64,000 bases of DNA from Myxococcota bacterium. GTDB lineage: Bacteria > Myxococcota_A > UBA9042 > PHBI01 > JAWLBL01. The stretch lies in contig JAWLBL010000028.1 of assembly GCA_041687695.1 (NCBI GenBank), positions 32,001 to 96,000 on the forward strand, read 5' to 3'. The notes beneath the pieces were generated by a model, which saw only the letters and a program-made list of their open reading frames with translations, was not told the DNA's origin and did not search any database. The position numbers and the translations under genes are program-made. Positions 48,205 through 60,399 of the stretch are shown piece by piece (the first letter of the stretch is position 1; the number at the start of each line of letters is the position of its first letter).

Positions 48205-49124
48205 CGCGGTTCGACACCGGCTACGGCGGCGCCGCGCGCGCGGAGGCGGCGCGTCGGCGCCCGACGGGTGGCGGCGGCCACACCCCGCTCGTGAAGGCGC
48301 TCCTGGCCGTCGACGACGCGACCCCTGCCCATGTGGCCGCCGTCGACGCCTGCGTGGCGGCCGTGTCCCGGGCTCCAGACTCGATCGAGTATTCGGCCAA
48401 GGTAGGCCTCGCCACGCTCGAGCCCTATCGCTTCACCTGGTACTGGGACGTCGGCCGGCATCCGCGCGGGCTCGCGCGCGAGATCGTCTCCACCTTCCGC
48501 GCGTGCGCCGACCGCACGGGCGCCGTCGTCCCCGAGGCGCTCCTCGACGCACCGTTCGACGCCGGCCCGGTGCTGCAGCTCGTCGTCGGGCTCGACGCCC
48601 GCCCCGACCCGGCCGCCACGCGCGTCAAGCTCTACGCCGTGCTGTCGCTGGGGGCGCGCTCGGTCATCGAGGCCCTGGGCGAGCTCTGCGGCGTCCCGCA
48701 GCCGCCGCCGTCGGTCGACCTCGACCTGACCTACATCGTCGGGCTCGACTTCGGCCCGCGCGGCCTCGTCGACATGAAGCTGTACTTCGCCCTCGACGGC
48801 CGCTCGGCGCCCCGGCTGCTCCGCGCGCCCTCGAGCGCCGGCGAGCTGCTCTCGCTCAGCCGCCTCATCGTCTTCCAGCAGGGCCTGGTCGACCCGGCCA
48901 AGCGCGCCCTGTTCTTCCACGCCAACGACCGCGCGCTCCTGCGGCGCGAGCTGGCCCGCTCGCTGGGCCCCGACCGCCCGATGAGCCACCTGTTGACCCG
49001 CGCACGCGCCATGGGCGACGTCGTCGGGACCGCGCTCGACCCGTGGATCCTCTCGTACCCCCTGGTGGGCGGCAGCCTCGAACGCGAGACCTGCAACGTC
49101 TACTTCCACTGCCGAAGCACCTGA
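48201..49124 (+). CDS. LynF/TruF/PatF-like (ABBA-fold) prenyltransferase candidate
   Basis: IEYSAKV..LEPYRF, VLQLVVGLDARP..TRVKLY and IVGLDF..DMKLYF match, by eye, the order and spacing of cyanobactin F-family motifs; 307 aa. Confidence 0.6.
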   Translation: MTRFDTGYGGAARAEAARRRPTGGGGHTPLVKALLAVDDATPAHVAAVDACVAAVSRAPDSIEYSAKVGLATLEPYRFTWYWDVGRHPRGLAREIVSTFRACADRTGAVVPEALLDAPFDAGPVLQLVVGLDARPDPAATRVKLYAVLSLGARSVIEALGELCGVPQPPPSVDLDLTYIVGLDFGPRGLVDMKLYFALDGRSAPRLLRAPSSAGELLSLSRLIVFQQGLVDPAKRALFFHANDRALLRRELARSLGPDRPMSHLLTRARAMGDVVGTALDPWILSYPLVGGSLERETCNVYFHCRST

Positions 49125-49154
49125 GGCGCCCTTCGCGCGCCAGACGCCGGGCGG

Positions 49155-50183
49155 TCAGGTGCTACGGCGGCGGCGCAACGCGAGCGCCAGCAGCCCCATG
49201 AGCGCCGGCCAGCTCGCGCCCGCGGCCCCGGCGCTGCAGTCGAAGTCCTCGTCCGTGAACGCGTCGTCGTCGTCTGCGGGATCGCCGCCATCCGGCGTCG
49301 CAGGATCGGCCGGGCCGGTCGGCGTGCCCAGGTCCGCAGGCTCGTAGGCGCCGCCCGACGCGGTGGCCAGCCACTGGCGATAGCTCGGCGTGAAGGCGTA
49401 GATGCCGCCCTCGCCGCAGGGCAGCTCGACGTCGTCGGAGGCGCGCGACGTCGTGCCCACGAGCGCCAGGACGTCGCCGATGGCCAGATACGCCGGGCCG
49501 CCCGAGTCGCCCTGGCAGGTGTCCGGCTCGCCGGCGCCCCCCAGGACGAGCTCGGCCTCGGCCCGGTGCACGAAGGACGTCTCCGCGACGAAGAGCAGGC
49601 CGGTGGCCTCGTCGTCGACCGACGTCTTGCCGTAGCCAGACACGATGACCTGGACGCCGGCGGTCAGGGCGGCGATGGCCTCGGCCTCGCTGGGCAGGGC
49701 CGCCGGGGTCAGCTGCGTGACCGCCTCCTCGAGCACCAGGACGCCGATGTCGTCCAGGCGGCCGGCACCGGAAGCGTGCGGCGGCTGGGGCGCGTAGTTC
49801 GGGTAGTCCGGGTGCGCCGTCACGGTCAGCGGCGCGTAGGCCTCTTCCCAGGTCGCCTCGGCGACGTCGACCAGCCCGGCTACGACCAGGACGTGCTCGG
49901 GGCCGAGACGCTCGGTGATGGCTCCCGTGTCCTCGTCCTCGACCACCAGGCAGTGCGCCGCCGTCACGACGACCCGCGGGGCGATGAGGGTGCCGGTGCA
50001 GAAGGCCTCGCCGGTGTCGGGGTCGACCAGGGCGACGGTCGCGTAGAGCTGGTCCTGCGTGGCCAGCGCGCCGTCGATGATGGGCAGCTGGCGGGTCTCG
50101 GTGCCGGCGGCGGCGGGCGGGGCCCATGCCTGGACGAGGAGCGCCGCGGCCGCGAGGGCCCGGGGAGCGCGGAGGATGTTCAT
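49155..50183 (-). CDS. Trypsin-like (S1) serine protease with C-terminal MYXO-CTERM tag
   Basis: Signal peptide, IIDG, FCTGTLI, TAAHC, DIG, DTCQGDSGGP; C-terminus DCSAGAAGASWPALMGLLALALRRRR. Confidence 0.92.
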   Translation of the reverse strand: MNILRAPRALAAAALLVQAWAPPAAAGTETRQLPIIDGALATQDQLYATVALVDPDTGEAFCTGTLIAPRVVVTAAHCLVVEDEDTGAITERLGPEHVLVVAGLVDVAEATWEEAYAPLTVTAHPDYPNYAPQPPHASGAGRLDDIGVLVLEEAVTQLTPAALPSEAEAIAALTAGVQVIVSGYGKTSVDDEATGLLFVAETSFVHRAEAELVLGGAGEPDTCQGDSGGPAYLAIGDVLALVGTTSRASDDVELPCGEGGIYAFTPSYRQWLATASGGAYEPADLGTPTGPADPATPDGGDPADDDDAFTDEDFDCSAGAAGASWPALMGLLALALRRRRST

Positions 50184-50611
50184 GGGGTGGGCTCGGAGGG
50201 GAGGACGGAGTCGGGGGACGTGGGCGCCGGAGCGTCGTCGGAGGGCGCGCAACGCCCCGCGTGGCGGACGGCGACGCCGCGAGCCCTTGCGACGCAGGCG
50301 TTGCAGTAGAAGCGGCCGTCACAGCCGCAGACGCCGGGGCAGTCGCGCTTGCAGCCCCGCGGACGTTGGGTGCACACGCCTGCGACCTGCGCGCCGCAGG
50401 CGTCGTCGACATGGGCGCAGTAGCCGGCGGCGTCGCACTCGCCGAAGGAAGCGCCGCAGGCGCCGCCCAGGGGCACCCCGGGCTGCGAGGCCGGGTCCTG
50501 GGCCGGGGCTGCAGGCGGTGGGGCTGGGGCCGGCGCGGAGGCGGCCGCGGAACAAGCGGCGAGGGCCAGCGCGAGGGCGAGGAGCCAGAGGCGGGGCAGG
50601 GCGACAAACAT
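50180..50611 (-). CDS. Lipoprotein with Kazal-type protease inhibitor domain
   Basis: Lipobox LAAC|S; CTQRPRGCKRDCPGVCGCDGRFYCNAC...GRC; its stop overlaps the protease ATG. Confidence 0.8.
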   Translation of the reverse strand: MFVALPRLWLLALALALAACSAAASAPAPAPPPAAPAQDPASQPGVPLGGACGASFGECDAAGYCAHVDDACGAQVAGVCTQRPRGCKRDCPGVCGCDGRFYCNACVARARGVAVRHAGRCAPSDDAPAPTSPDSVLPSEPTP

Positions 50612-50738
50612 CGTCGCGACGCTACTCCCAGCCGTGCGGCGGCGCAATCGCGCTCGCGCGCCGCGCCGGGAAAGCGGCTCGGGCGGGTTGGTCCCGGAAT
50701 CCTCGTGGCTAGGGTCTGGGTCGGGGAGGGAATCGGCC

Positions 50739-51371
50739 GTGAAGCACGAACCACGAAGCGCCGAGGTCCGCGTGCGCGGACCGGGGGGCCTAACGGGGAC
50801 GCTGCGGCCGGGTCGGTCCGAAGACGGCCGGGTGGTGCTCGCGCTCGACGATGGGCGCGTGGCCCGCCTGCCCGAGGAGGCGATCCGGCGAGGCGGGCTC
50901 GGCGAAGGCGAGGGTGAGGTCTGGACGCTGGACGCGGCCGCCGAGGCGGCGCTGCTCGAGCCGACCGTCGAGCGAGGCGTCCTGCCGGTCGTCCGCGAGG
51001 AGGTGGTGGTCGGCAAGCGAGTCGTCGAGGGCGACCGCGTGCGCGTCCGGGTCGAGACCGGCGAACGGCTCGAGCGTGTCGAACAGGTCCTGGGCCGGGA
51101 CGTGGTCGAGGTCGAGCGCGTCCCGGTCGGCCGCGTGGTCGAGGCGGGGGAGCCGACGCCCGAGGCGCGGCGCGAGGGCGAGGTGACGGTGGTGCCCGTC
51201 CTGGCCGAGGAGCTGGTGGTGACGCGCCGGCTCGTGCTGGTCGAGGAGGTGCGGATCCGGCGCCGACGCGAGGAACACACCCAGACGCACGACGTGCTGG
51301 TCCGCGAGCAGCGGGTGCGCGTCGAGCGGGAGCCGCCGGAGTCCCCGGACGGGGAGCGCTCCGGGCGGTAG
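50739..51371 (+). CDS. YsnF/AvaK (DUF2382) domain protein
   Basis: LPVVREEVVVGKRVVE, VEVERVPV, VPVLAEELVVTRRLVLVEEVRI; GTG start. Confidence 0.85.
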   Translation: MKHEPRSAEVRVRGPGGLTGTLRPGRSEDGRVVLALDDGRVARLPEEAIRRGGLGEGEGEVWTLDAAAEAALLEPTVERGVLPVVREEVVVGKRVVEGDRVRVRVETGERLERVEQVLGRDVVEVERVPVGRVVEAGEPTPEARREGEVTVVPVLAEELVVTRRLVLVEEVRIRRRREEHTQTHDVLVREQRVRVEREPPESPDGERSGR

Positions 51372-51410
51372 GACCGGGCCGGACAGGCCCGAGGACACAG
51401 GGAGGATGCC

Positions 51411-52418
51411 ATGCTGACCGTTCTGGCGATGTTCGAACGGATGGAAGACGCCAAGGCGGCGCACGACGAGCTCGAGCGCGAGCACCTGGGCAACGTCGAC
51501 ATCGTGAGCCCGAACGACCGGCCGCGGAAGCTGGAGACCTACGGGATCCCCAGCGACGCCGAGCCGACCTACCTGGAGGCCATCCGGGAGGGGCTCATCA
51601 TGGTCGTCACGCAGCTGTCGAGTGACCGCACCAGCGACGCGCGCCAGGTGCTGCGCCGGCACCACCCGGTGGACATGAGCCGCCGCGAAGCCCGAGGCAG
51701 CACGGGCATCGGCCGCGCCGGGGACGGCGAGGTCCGGCGCGCGGGCGAGCGCGACGTCACGCGGCCCGGTCCGGTGGGCGCGGGCCGCCGCGAGCGCACG
51801 GACGTGCGTGGCGAGCGCGGTGGCCGCACCGAGCGGGTGCCGGTGGTCGAGGAGGAGCTGCGGGTCGGCAAGCGCGAGGTCGAGGAGGGCGGCGTGCGCG
51901 TGACGTCGCACGTGACGGAGCGCCCGGTCGAGGAGCACGTCGAGCTGCGCGACGAGCGCGTCAACGTCGAGCGGCGGCCCGTGGACCGGCCGGCGAGCGA
52001 CCGCGACTTCCGAGATCGGTCCATCGAAGCGCGCGAGCGCCACGAAGAGGCCGTCGTCGACAAGCGGGCGCGCGTCGTCGAGGAGGTCATCGTCACGCGC
52101 GAGGCCGGCACGCACACCGAGGACATCCGCGACACGATCCGGCGGACCGACGTGGAGATCGAGCGGCTGGGCCTCGACGAGGACTACCGCGCGCACCACG
52201 GGCGCAGCTTCCGCGGGCGCGGCGACTACGAGAGCGTCAAGCCCGCCTACCGCTTCGGCGCCCACATGGCGAGCCAGCCCGAGTACCGTGGCCGCGACTG
52301 GTCGATGGTCGAGGGCGACGCCCGCCGGCGCTTCGAGGAGCGTAACCCGGGGCGTTGGGAGGAGCTGAAGGACGCCGTCCGTCACGGCTACGAGCGGATG
52401 CGCTCGAAGACCCGCTGA
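51411..52418 (+). CDS. YsnF/AvaK (DUF2382) domain stress protein
   Basis: VPVVEEELRVGKREVEEGGVRV, LRDERVNVERRPVDR, VVDKRARVVEEV, DTIRRTDVEIE; GGAGG RBS. Confidence 0.9.
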   Translation: MLTVLAMFERMEDAKAAHDELEREHLGNVDIVSPNDRPRKLETYGIPSDAEPTYLEAIREGLIMVVTQLSSDRTSDARQVLRRHHPVDMSRREARGSTGIGRAGDGEVRRAGERDVTRPGPVGAGRRERTDVRGERGGRTERVPVVEEELRVGKREVEEGGVRVTSHVTERPVEEHVELRDERVNVERRPVDRPASDRDFRDRSIEARERHEEAVVDKRARVVEEVIVTREAGTHTEDIRDTIRRTDVEIERLGLDEDYRAHHGRSFRGRGDYESVKPAYRFGAHMASQPEYRGRDWSMVEGDARRRFEERNPGRWEELKDAVRHGYERMRSKTR

Positions 52419-52466
52419 CGGCTCCTCGGAGCTGGCGCGCGCGGCCAACCGCCTGGCCGCGCGCGC

Positions 52467-55280
<2,814 letters not shown>

Positions 55281-55382
55281 TCGCTTGCTCCGGGCGATGC
55301 GGGGGCGTGCGAAGACCCTAAGCGCGCGTCGGTGCGACACAAACCCGGCTGCCCGGCGCGACGGGGCCGGAGGCGTCGGCGA

Positions 55383-56192
55383 TCAGGCGATGAGGCAGAA
55401 GGTCTGGTGGTTCAAGGCGACCAGGCGCCCCTCGGCGGTCCAGAGCTCGCGGAGCTCGGCGGCATAGCCTCCGGCGGCCGCGGGCGAGGTCGCGCGGTAG
55501 TAGAGCGGGGCGTCGGTCGGCAGGGTGCCGGGGTCGGCCAGCAGCTCGACCGTGCTGGTGACGGTGGCCATGGGGCGGGGGGCGCGGAAGGTGGTCAGCG
55601 CCGCCGGCCAGTAGGCGTCGGCCAGGGCGACGACATAGGCGGCGTCGGGGGAGACCGGGCCGCGGTAGCGCACCCAGCCGCTGACGGCGCGCTCGGCGGC
55701 GCCGCTGAAGGGCGCGGGGCCGGTCGGGCGGTACTCGAAGTGGCGAGAGAACACCGGGGCGGGCGGCGCCGGCAGGGTCATGGGGCGGGCGTCGCGGAAG
55801 TCGCCGGCCGCGGGGGAGGGCAGGGTGGCCCAGTCGCCGTCGGGGACGCGCGCCCGGCCGAAGAATCCCGTGGCCTGGGCGCACACCCCGTCCCCCTGGA
55901 GCAGCCGGGTCTCGACGGCGGTCGTGTGGCGGCCGGCGCGGAGGACCTGCACCGGGAGCGTCGCGTCGCCCGGCTGCAGGGGGCCGCAGAGGGTCGCCGT
56001 CAGGCTGCGGAGCGGCTGGTCGGCTGGGGCGCTCGCCTCCATGACGCGGACGGCGGCGGCGAGGACCAGCCCGCCGAACGCGCCGCGGCCTTGCTGCCAG
56101 CCGTCTGGCACCTGCCACAGCGCGTGGCCGTCCTCGGCGAGGAGCGGCGTCGACAGGGACTCGAACGAAGGGGAGGTGGTCTGGGGCATCAT
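55383..56192 (-). CDS. Thioesterase family protein (TesB-like double hotdog)
   Basis: WQQGRGAFGG, LRSLT, LRAGR, ALADAYWP, ATV, ELWTAEGRLVA..Q. Confidence 0.85.
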   Translation of the reverse strand: MMPQTTSPSFESLSTPLLAEDGHALWQVPDGWQQGRGAFGGLVLAAAVRVMEASAPADQPLRSLTATLCGPLQPGDATLPVQVLRAGRHTTAVETRLLQGDGVCAQATGFFGRARVPDGDWATLPSPAAGDFRDARPMTLPAPPAPVFSRHFEYRPTGPAPFSGAAERAVSGWVRYRGPVSPDAAYVVALADAYWPAALTTFRAPRPMATVTSTVELLADPGTLPTDAPLYYRATSPAAAGGYAAELRELWTAEGRLVALNHQTFCLIA

Positions 56193-56196
56193 CGGC

Positions 56197-58680
56197 TCAT
56201 GGGGCGCGGCAATGGGCGCGCTGGGTGCCGTCGTCGCAGACGAGGCCCAGCTTGGCGCAGTCGGCGTAGCGGTGGGCGCCGAAGGTCTCGTAGACGAGGA
56301 GGTTCCCCTGGCACCGGCCCCCGGCCATTCGCTCGAGCGGGCACTGGACGACCGGGCCGCAGACGAAGGGGTCGGCGATCGACGCGAGGGGGTTGGCTTG
56401 GCAAGCGAGGCCCAGCTCGGCGCAGTCGACGGTGGCGTCGCAGCCGACGAGGACGTCGCCGTCGCAGGCCGTCTTGGCCAGCCCCGCCTCGGCGAGCGAC
56501 GGGCCCTCACAGGCGTCGCCGAGGCCATCGGAGTCTCCGTCCGCCTGGTCGGGGTTGGCGATGTACGGGCAGTTGTCCTGGGTGTCCGCGATGCCGTCGC
56601 CGTCAGCGTCTCGGAGGCCCGAGCCCAAGTGCACGAGGTCGCAGGCGTCGCCGTGGCCGTCGGAGCCTGCGTCGGCCTGGTCGGCGTTGGGCACCAGCGG
56701 GCAGTTGTCCTGAGCGTCGGGGACGCCGTCGCCATCGGAGTCGGTGTCCCGGTGGTCGGGGACGCCATCCCCGTCGGTGTCGAGGGGCGGCAGGTGGGGC
56801 CAGGGCACACCGGCCTCGTCGGCGCGCCCGTCTCCGTCGTCGTCGGCGTCTCGAAAGTCGGGCAGGCCGTCGCCGTCGGTGTCACCGGGAGCCTCGAAGA
56901 CGTCGGCGACGCCGTCGCCGTCCGTGTCGGCGCAGGGGCTCGTGGAGGGCGCGTTGAAGCTGGCGTAGACGTCGGCGATGGTGGGCAGGGCGCCGCAGCC
57001 TTGGGCGGTGACCCGGTCGATGAAGGCCTCGCGGGCGGCCGGCGAGACCTGCCGCCAGCTCTCGCTGCAGGTGCGCACGGCGACCCCGTCCGGGAAACAG
57101 CTCGAGGCCAGGGCGCAGGCGTCGTCCAGCGGGGACGGCGCGGGCACGGGGCTGGTGCACCCCTGCAGGGGGCCGGGGCGGGGAGGCGGGGGCGGGTCGG
57201 TGACAGGGGCCTCGGGAGGCGCTTGGCGAATGGCGTAGAAGAAGAGGTTCGAGAATTTGGCGCCGCGGTCGACCGAGTAGAAGGTGAGATAGCTGTCGTC
57301 CGAGAGCCTCACCGCCGCGGCCAGGACGCTCGAGTGGCCGCAGCGGTCGGGATCGGTGCAGGGCGAGGCGGCGAGCGGCACCTCGACGAGGCCGGCGTCT
57401 CCCGCGAAGCGGACGAAGCGGTCGGGGGCGTCCGGAGCGCGCAGGACGTGGAGGTCGGCCGAGAGCGACCGCAGGAGCCCACGGCGCCCCGGCTCGAGCG
57501 AGCCTGCGCCCAGGTGGACCTCGTGCATGACCGCGCCGTTCTCGAAGACGACGCAGCGGTGCTCGGCCAGCCCGCACACCTCGGGGTAGAGGCCGCAGTC
57601 CATGGACTGAGAGCACAGGCCCTTGGGGCACTCGCCGAAGGGGTCGTCCTCGGTCGAGGTGCACGGCGTGTCGGTGACGACGGCCGTCTCGACGGCTCCG
57701 AGGCGCGCCGCGAAGGCGTGGCCGTCGCGGCTGAAGCTCTGGAACGTGCCATCGGCGTGCCCGAGCACCAGGCGTGACCCCGAGGAGCTGGACGCGGGCC
57801 AGGTCGCGATGGGGACGCACGCGTTCGGGCTCGACCTCATGGAGCCGTCCGAGGGCAGCGGGTCGCCCGCGAAGGTGCGGCGCGGCTCGGCGCGCATCAG
57901 GCAGGCCGTGACCTTGGGCTTGCCACATTGCCCGTAGCCGATCCACGAGGCGCCACGGTTGGTCGTGACGTGGTCCGCATAGCAGGTCTCGGCGAACGTG
58001 TAGGTGACCTGGTGGCTCACGAACGCGCCGGTGTCGAGGTCCAACTCCTGCCAGTAGTAGTAGCCCAGGGTGTTGGCCGGGTCGCCTACGTCGACGGCGC
58101 GTCCGTCGATCTGCTGGGCATAGCGGCGCACGAGCTTGCCATCGAAGGCCAGCTGCGTGCCGCCGAACACGCCGCCCAGGACGGGGCTGTAGCTACGCGT
58201 GCCCGGGAAGTACTCGGCCACGGCGGCGGTCGAGACCTTCAGCTCGTTGGGGACGTCGGCGGGAGGGCCCGCGAAGGCGACGAAGAAGATGCGGCCCTGC
58301 CAGAGGTGGACCAGGGCGGGCGTCCCGTGCGGGAGTCCGGCCGGGAGGTCCTCGAGCGTCCAGGTCTCGCCGGCGTCGTCGCTGAGCGCCAGGAGGTAGG
58401 CGCTGCTGCCGGTGACCGAGGTCCCCTGGAAAGAGCCGGTCGGCGTGTAGTGGTCTACGAAGCCCGTGGAGCCGTCGACGAAGAGCACGGCGACCCGGTC
58501 GGCGTCCACCGCGACGTCCAGGATGCCGAAGCTGTCGCGCTGGTCGAGGTTGATGATGAGCGGACCGCTCTCGACCAGGAAGACGGCGTCGGAGCGCAGC
58601 GTCACTGGGGCCTCGCCGGCGTCGGCGTCGCACGCGAGCCAGCACAATGCGACCATGAGCGGCAGGGCGGGGTGGCGCAT
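56197..58680 (-). CDS. Lipoprotein with Asp-box/BNR-like motifs, TSP3 repeats and Cys-rich regions
   Basis: MRHPALPLMVALCWLAC|D; SDDAGETW, TTNRGASW; DTDGDG and DNCP repeats. Confidence 0.8.
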   Translation of the reverse strand: MRHPALPLMVALCWLACDADAGEAPVTLRSDAVFLVESGPLIINLDQRDSFGILDVAVDADRVAVLFVDGSTGFVDHYTPTGSFQGTSVTGSSAYLLALSDDAGETWTLEDLPAGLPHGTPALVHLWQGRIFFVAFAGPPADVPNELKVSTAAVAEYFPGTRSYSPVLGGVFGGTQLAFDGKLVRRYAQQIDGRAVDVGDPANTLGYYYWQELDLDTGAFVSHQVTYTFAETCYADHVTTNRGASWIGYGQCGKPKVTACLMRAEPRRTFAGDPLPSDGSMRSSPNACVPIATWPASSSSGSRLVLGHADGTFQSFSRDGHAFAARLGAVETAVVTDTPCTSTEDDPFGECPKGLCSQSMDCGLYPEVCGLAEHRCVVFENGAVMHEVHLGAGSLEPGRRGLLRSLSADLHVLRAPDAPDRFVRFAGDAGLVEVPLAASPCTDPDRCGHSSVLAAAVRLSDDSYLTFYSVDRGAKFSNLFFYAIRQAPPEAPVTDPPPPPRPGPLQGCTSPVPAPSPLDDACALASSCFPDGVAVRTCSESWRQVSPAAREAFIDRVTAQGCGALPTIADVYASFNAPSTSPCADTDGDGVADVFEAPGDTDGDGLPDFRDADDDGDGRADEAGVPWPHLPPLDTDGDGVPDHRDTDSDGDGVPDAQDNCPLVPNADQADAGSDGHGDACDLVHLGSGLRDADGDGIADTQDNCPYIANPDQADGDSDGLGDACEGPSLAEAGLAKTACDGDVLVGCDATVDCAELGLACQANPLASIADPFVCGPVVQCPLERMAGGRCQGNLLVYETFGAHRYADCAKLGLVCDDGTQRAHCRAP

Positions 58681-58745
58681 GCGGGACCTCGGCGCGTGGG
58701 GGACCGCGTGAATACTGGCGGGGCCTCGGTGGCCGGTCAAGCCGC

Positions 58746-59276
58746 TCAGAGGGCGCGCAGGCGCAGGCCCAGCTCGGTCGTGTAGCCTACGGTGCGCGAC
58801 GTGACGCGGCCGTCGGCGTCGAGGACGTAGAAGGTCGGGAAGGCCGAGACGCGCCAGGCCGAGGCGGTGGCCGCGTCGCCGAGGAGGACCGGGACGTTCA
58901 GGGCGTGCTCGGTGGCGAAGCGGCGCACCTCCGCCGGATCCTCGTAGGACAGGGCGACGGCGTAGATGGCCAGCCCGGCCTCGGGGCGGGCGTCGCGCAG
59001 GGCCACGAGGTTGCTCGAGGCCAGGTCGCACACGGTGCACCAGGGGGCGAAGAAGTACAGGACCGTGGGGCGCCCGCGGGCGTCCTCGAGCGAGACGGCC
59101 TCGCCGGTGAGCGTCGGCAGTGACAGGGCCGGCGCCGGCGCGTCGTCGGGGAGCAGGTCGCGGGTACGCCACCACGAGACGGCCCACAGGACGGCGCCCA
59201 CCAGCACGAGGTCGATAGCCAGGCGGCGCAGGCGGCGCGGCCAGGGCGAGCGGGCGGGCGGCGAGGTCTGGTCCAT
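58746..59276 (-). CDS. Membrane-anchored TlpA/redoxin family protein
   Basis: N-terminal TM helix, RGRPTVLYFFAPWCTVC, WRVSAFPTFYVLD. Confidence 0.9.
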   Translation of the reverse strand: MDQTSPPARSPWPRRLRRLAIDLVLVGAVLWAVSWWRTRDLLPDDAPAPALSLPTLTGEAVSLEDARGRPTVLYFFAPWCTVCDLASSNLVALRDARPEAGLAIYAVALSYEDPAEVRRFATEHALNVPVLLGDAATASAWRVSAFPTFYVLDADGRVTSRTVGYTTELGLRLRAL

Positions 59277-59284
59277 CGGGCGGC

Positions 59285-60283
59285 TCAGGGCTGCTGGCCG
59301 AGGGTCGCTTCGAAGACGCGGCCCTCGCCGGTCGCGGCGAAGCGCAGCTCGCCCACGAGCACCGCCTGGCAGCTCTTCTTCTCGGGGCGCGCGTCCGTCT
59401 CGAGCAGGGCGCCGTGACCCTCGCGGTCGACCTCGACCTTCAGCGTCATCGCGTCCCGCTGCGGGTCGCAGCGCATCAGGCGCGCCCGCTCGCGGCGCAG
59501 CACGCCGGCGTCGTCGAGGAGGTCGAAGCGCGCGATGAAGCGCTCGAAGTCGGGCGCGCCCAGGTCGTACTCGTCAGGCGCGGCGCTGTAGGCCAGCAGC
59601 ACCACGACCGGCAGCAGCACCGTGTCGCGGCCCACCTGCTTGACCGGGTGGCGAAAGGGCGCGCGCATCAGCAGGTAGCGCGACTTGAGGATCGTCCGCG
59701 GCGCGGCGTCGTCGGAGGTGGCCGCGAGCCCCTCGATGACGAGATCCAGCGCCGGGGCGCCGGCGAGGGTGCGGCTGCGCTGCGAGACGATGCGGCCGCT
59801 GGGGGGGACCGCTGCGGCCGAGGGCGGGCCGGCCGGCGGGCGCGCGTCCTGCGCGAGCCCGTGGGCGAGCCGCGGTAGGAGCCGCGTGGCCAGCGCGTCG
59901 AGCGGGGCCTCGATCAGGGCGTGCTCGAGCGGCAAGGCGCGGGCATAGAGGTGGGCGCTGGTCAGGCGGTGCTCGAGGCGCAGGTCGTAGCGCGGCACCT
60001 GGCCCAGGTTGTCGGGCTGTCCGTTGCCCGTGACGTCCACGAGCACGGACGCGCGGTACATCGCCCCCGACTTCAGCGCCGTGGGCCGCCCTGACGCGTC
60101 GGTCTGGTAGTTCTCGACGACCCACTCCTCGGACACGAAGTGCCCGCGCGCCGGGTCGGCGTAGCCGATGCGATAGGGGTAGAGCGCGTTGTGGACGCCG
60201 TCGTCGCGCACCAGGGTGCCGCCCGCGCTGCCGCAGGCCGCGGTGGCGGTCGAGAGCAGGATGGCGAGGGCCAGGCGGATCAC
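59285..60283 (-). CDS. Hypothetical lipoprotein (paralogue 2)
   Basis: GTG start with AGGAG RBS; lipobox TAAC|G; strongly similar to 60400-61404. Confidence 0.8.
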   Translation of the reverse strand: MIRLALAILLSTATAACGSAGGTLVRDDGVHNALYPYRIGYADPARGHFVSEEWVVENYQTDASGRPTALKSGAMYRASVLVDVTGNGQPDNLGQVPRYDLRLEHRLTSAHLYARALPLEHALIEAPLDALATRLLPRLAHGLAQDARPPAGPPSAAAVPPSGRIVSQRSRTLAGAPALDLVIEGLAATSDDAAPRTILKSRYLLMRAPFRHPVKQVGRDTVLLPVVVLLAYSAAPDEYDLGAPDFERFIARFDLLDDAGVLRRERARLMRCDPQRDAMTLKVEVDREGHGALLETDARPEKKSCQAVLVGELRFAATGEGRVFEATLGQQP

Positions 60284-60399
60284 GGCGAGACTCCTGCGGG
60301 GGGCGTGGCGAGGGCCGCGGCGGCGGCCCCCCCGGGCAGGAAGGTCACCCAGGGGTCACCACGCGTCAACTCACGGCCCCGGCCGCCGGCCCGAGCGGC

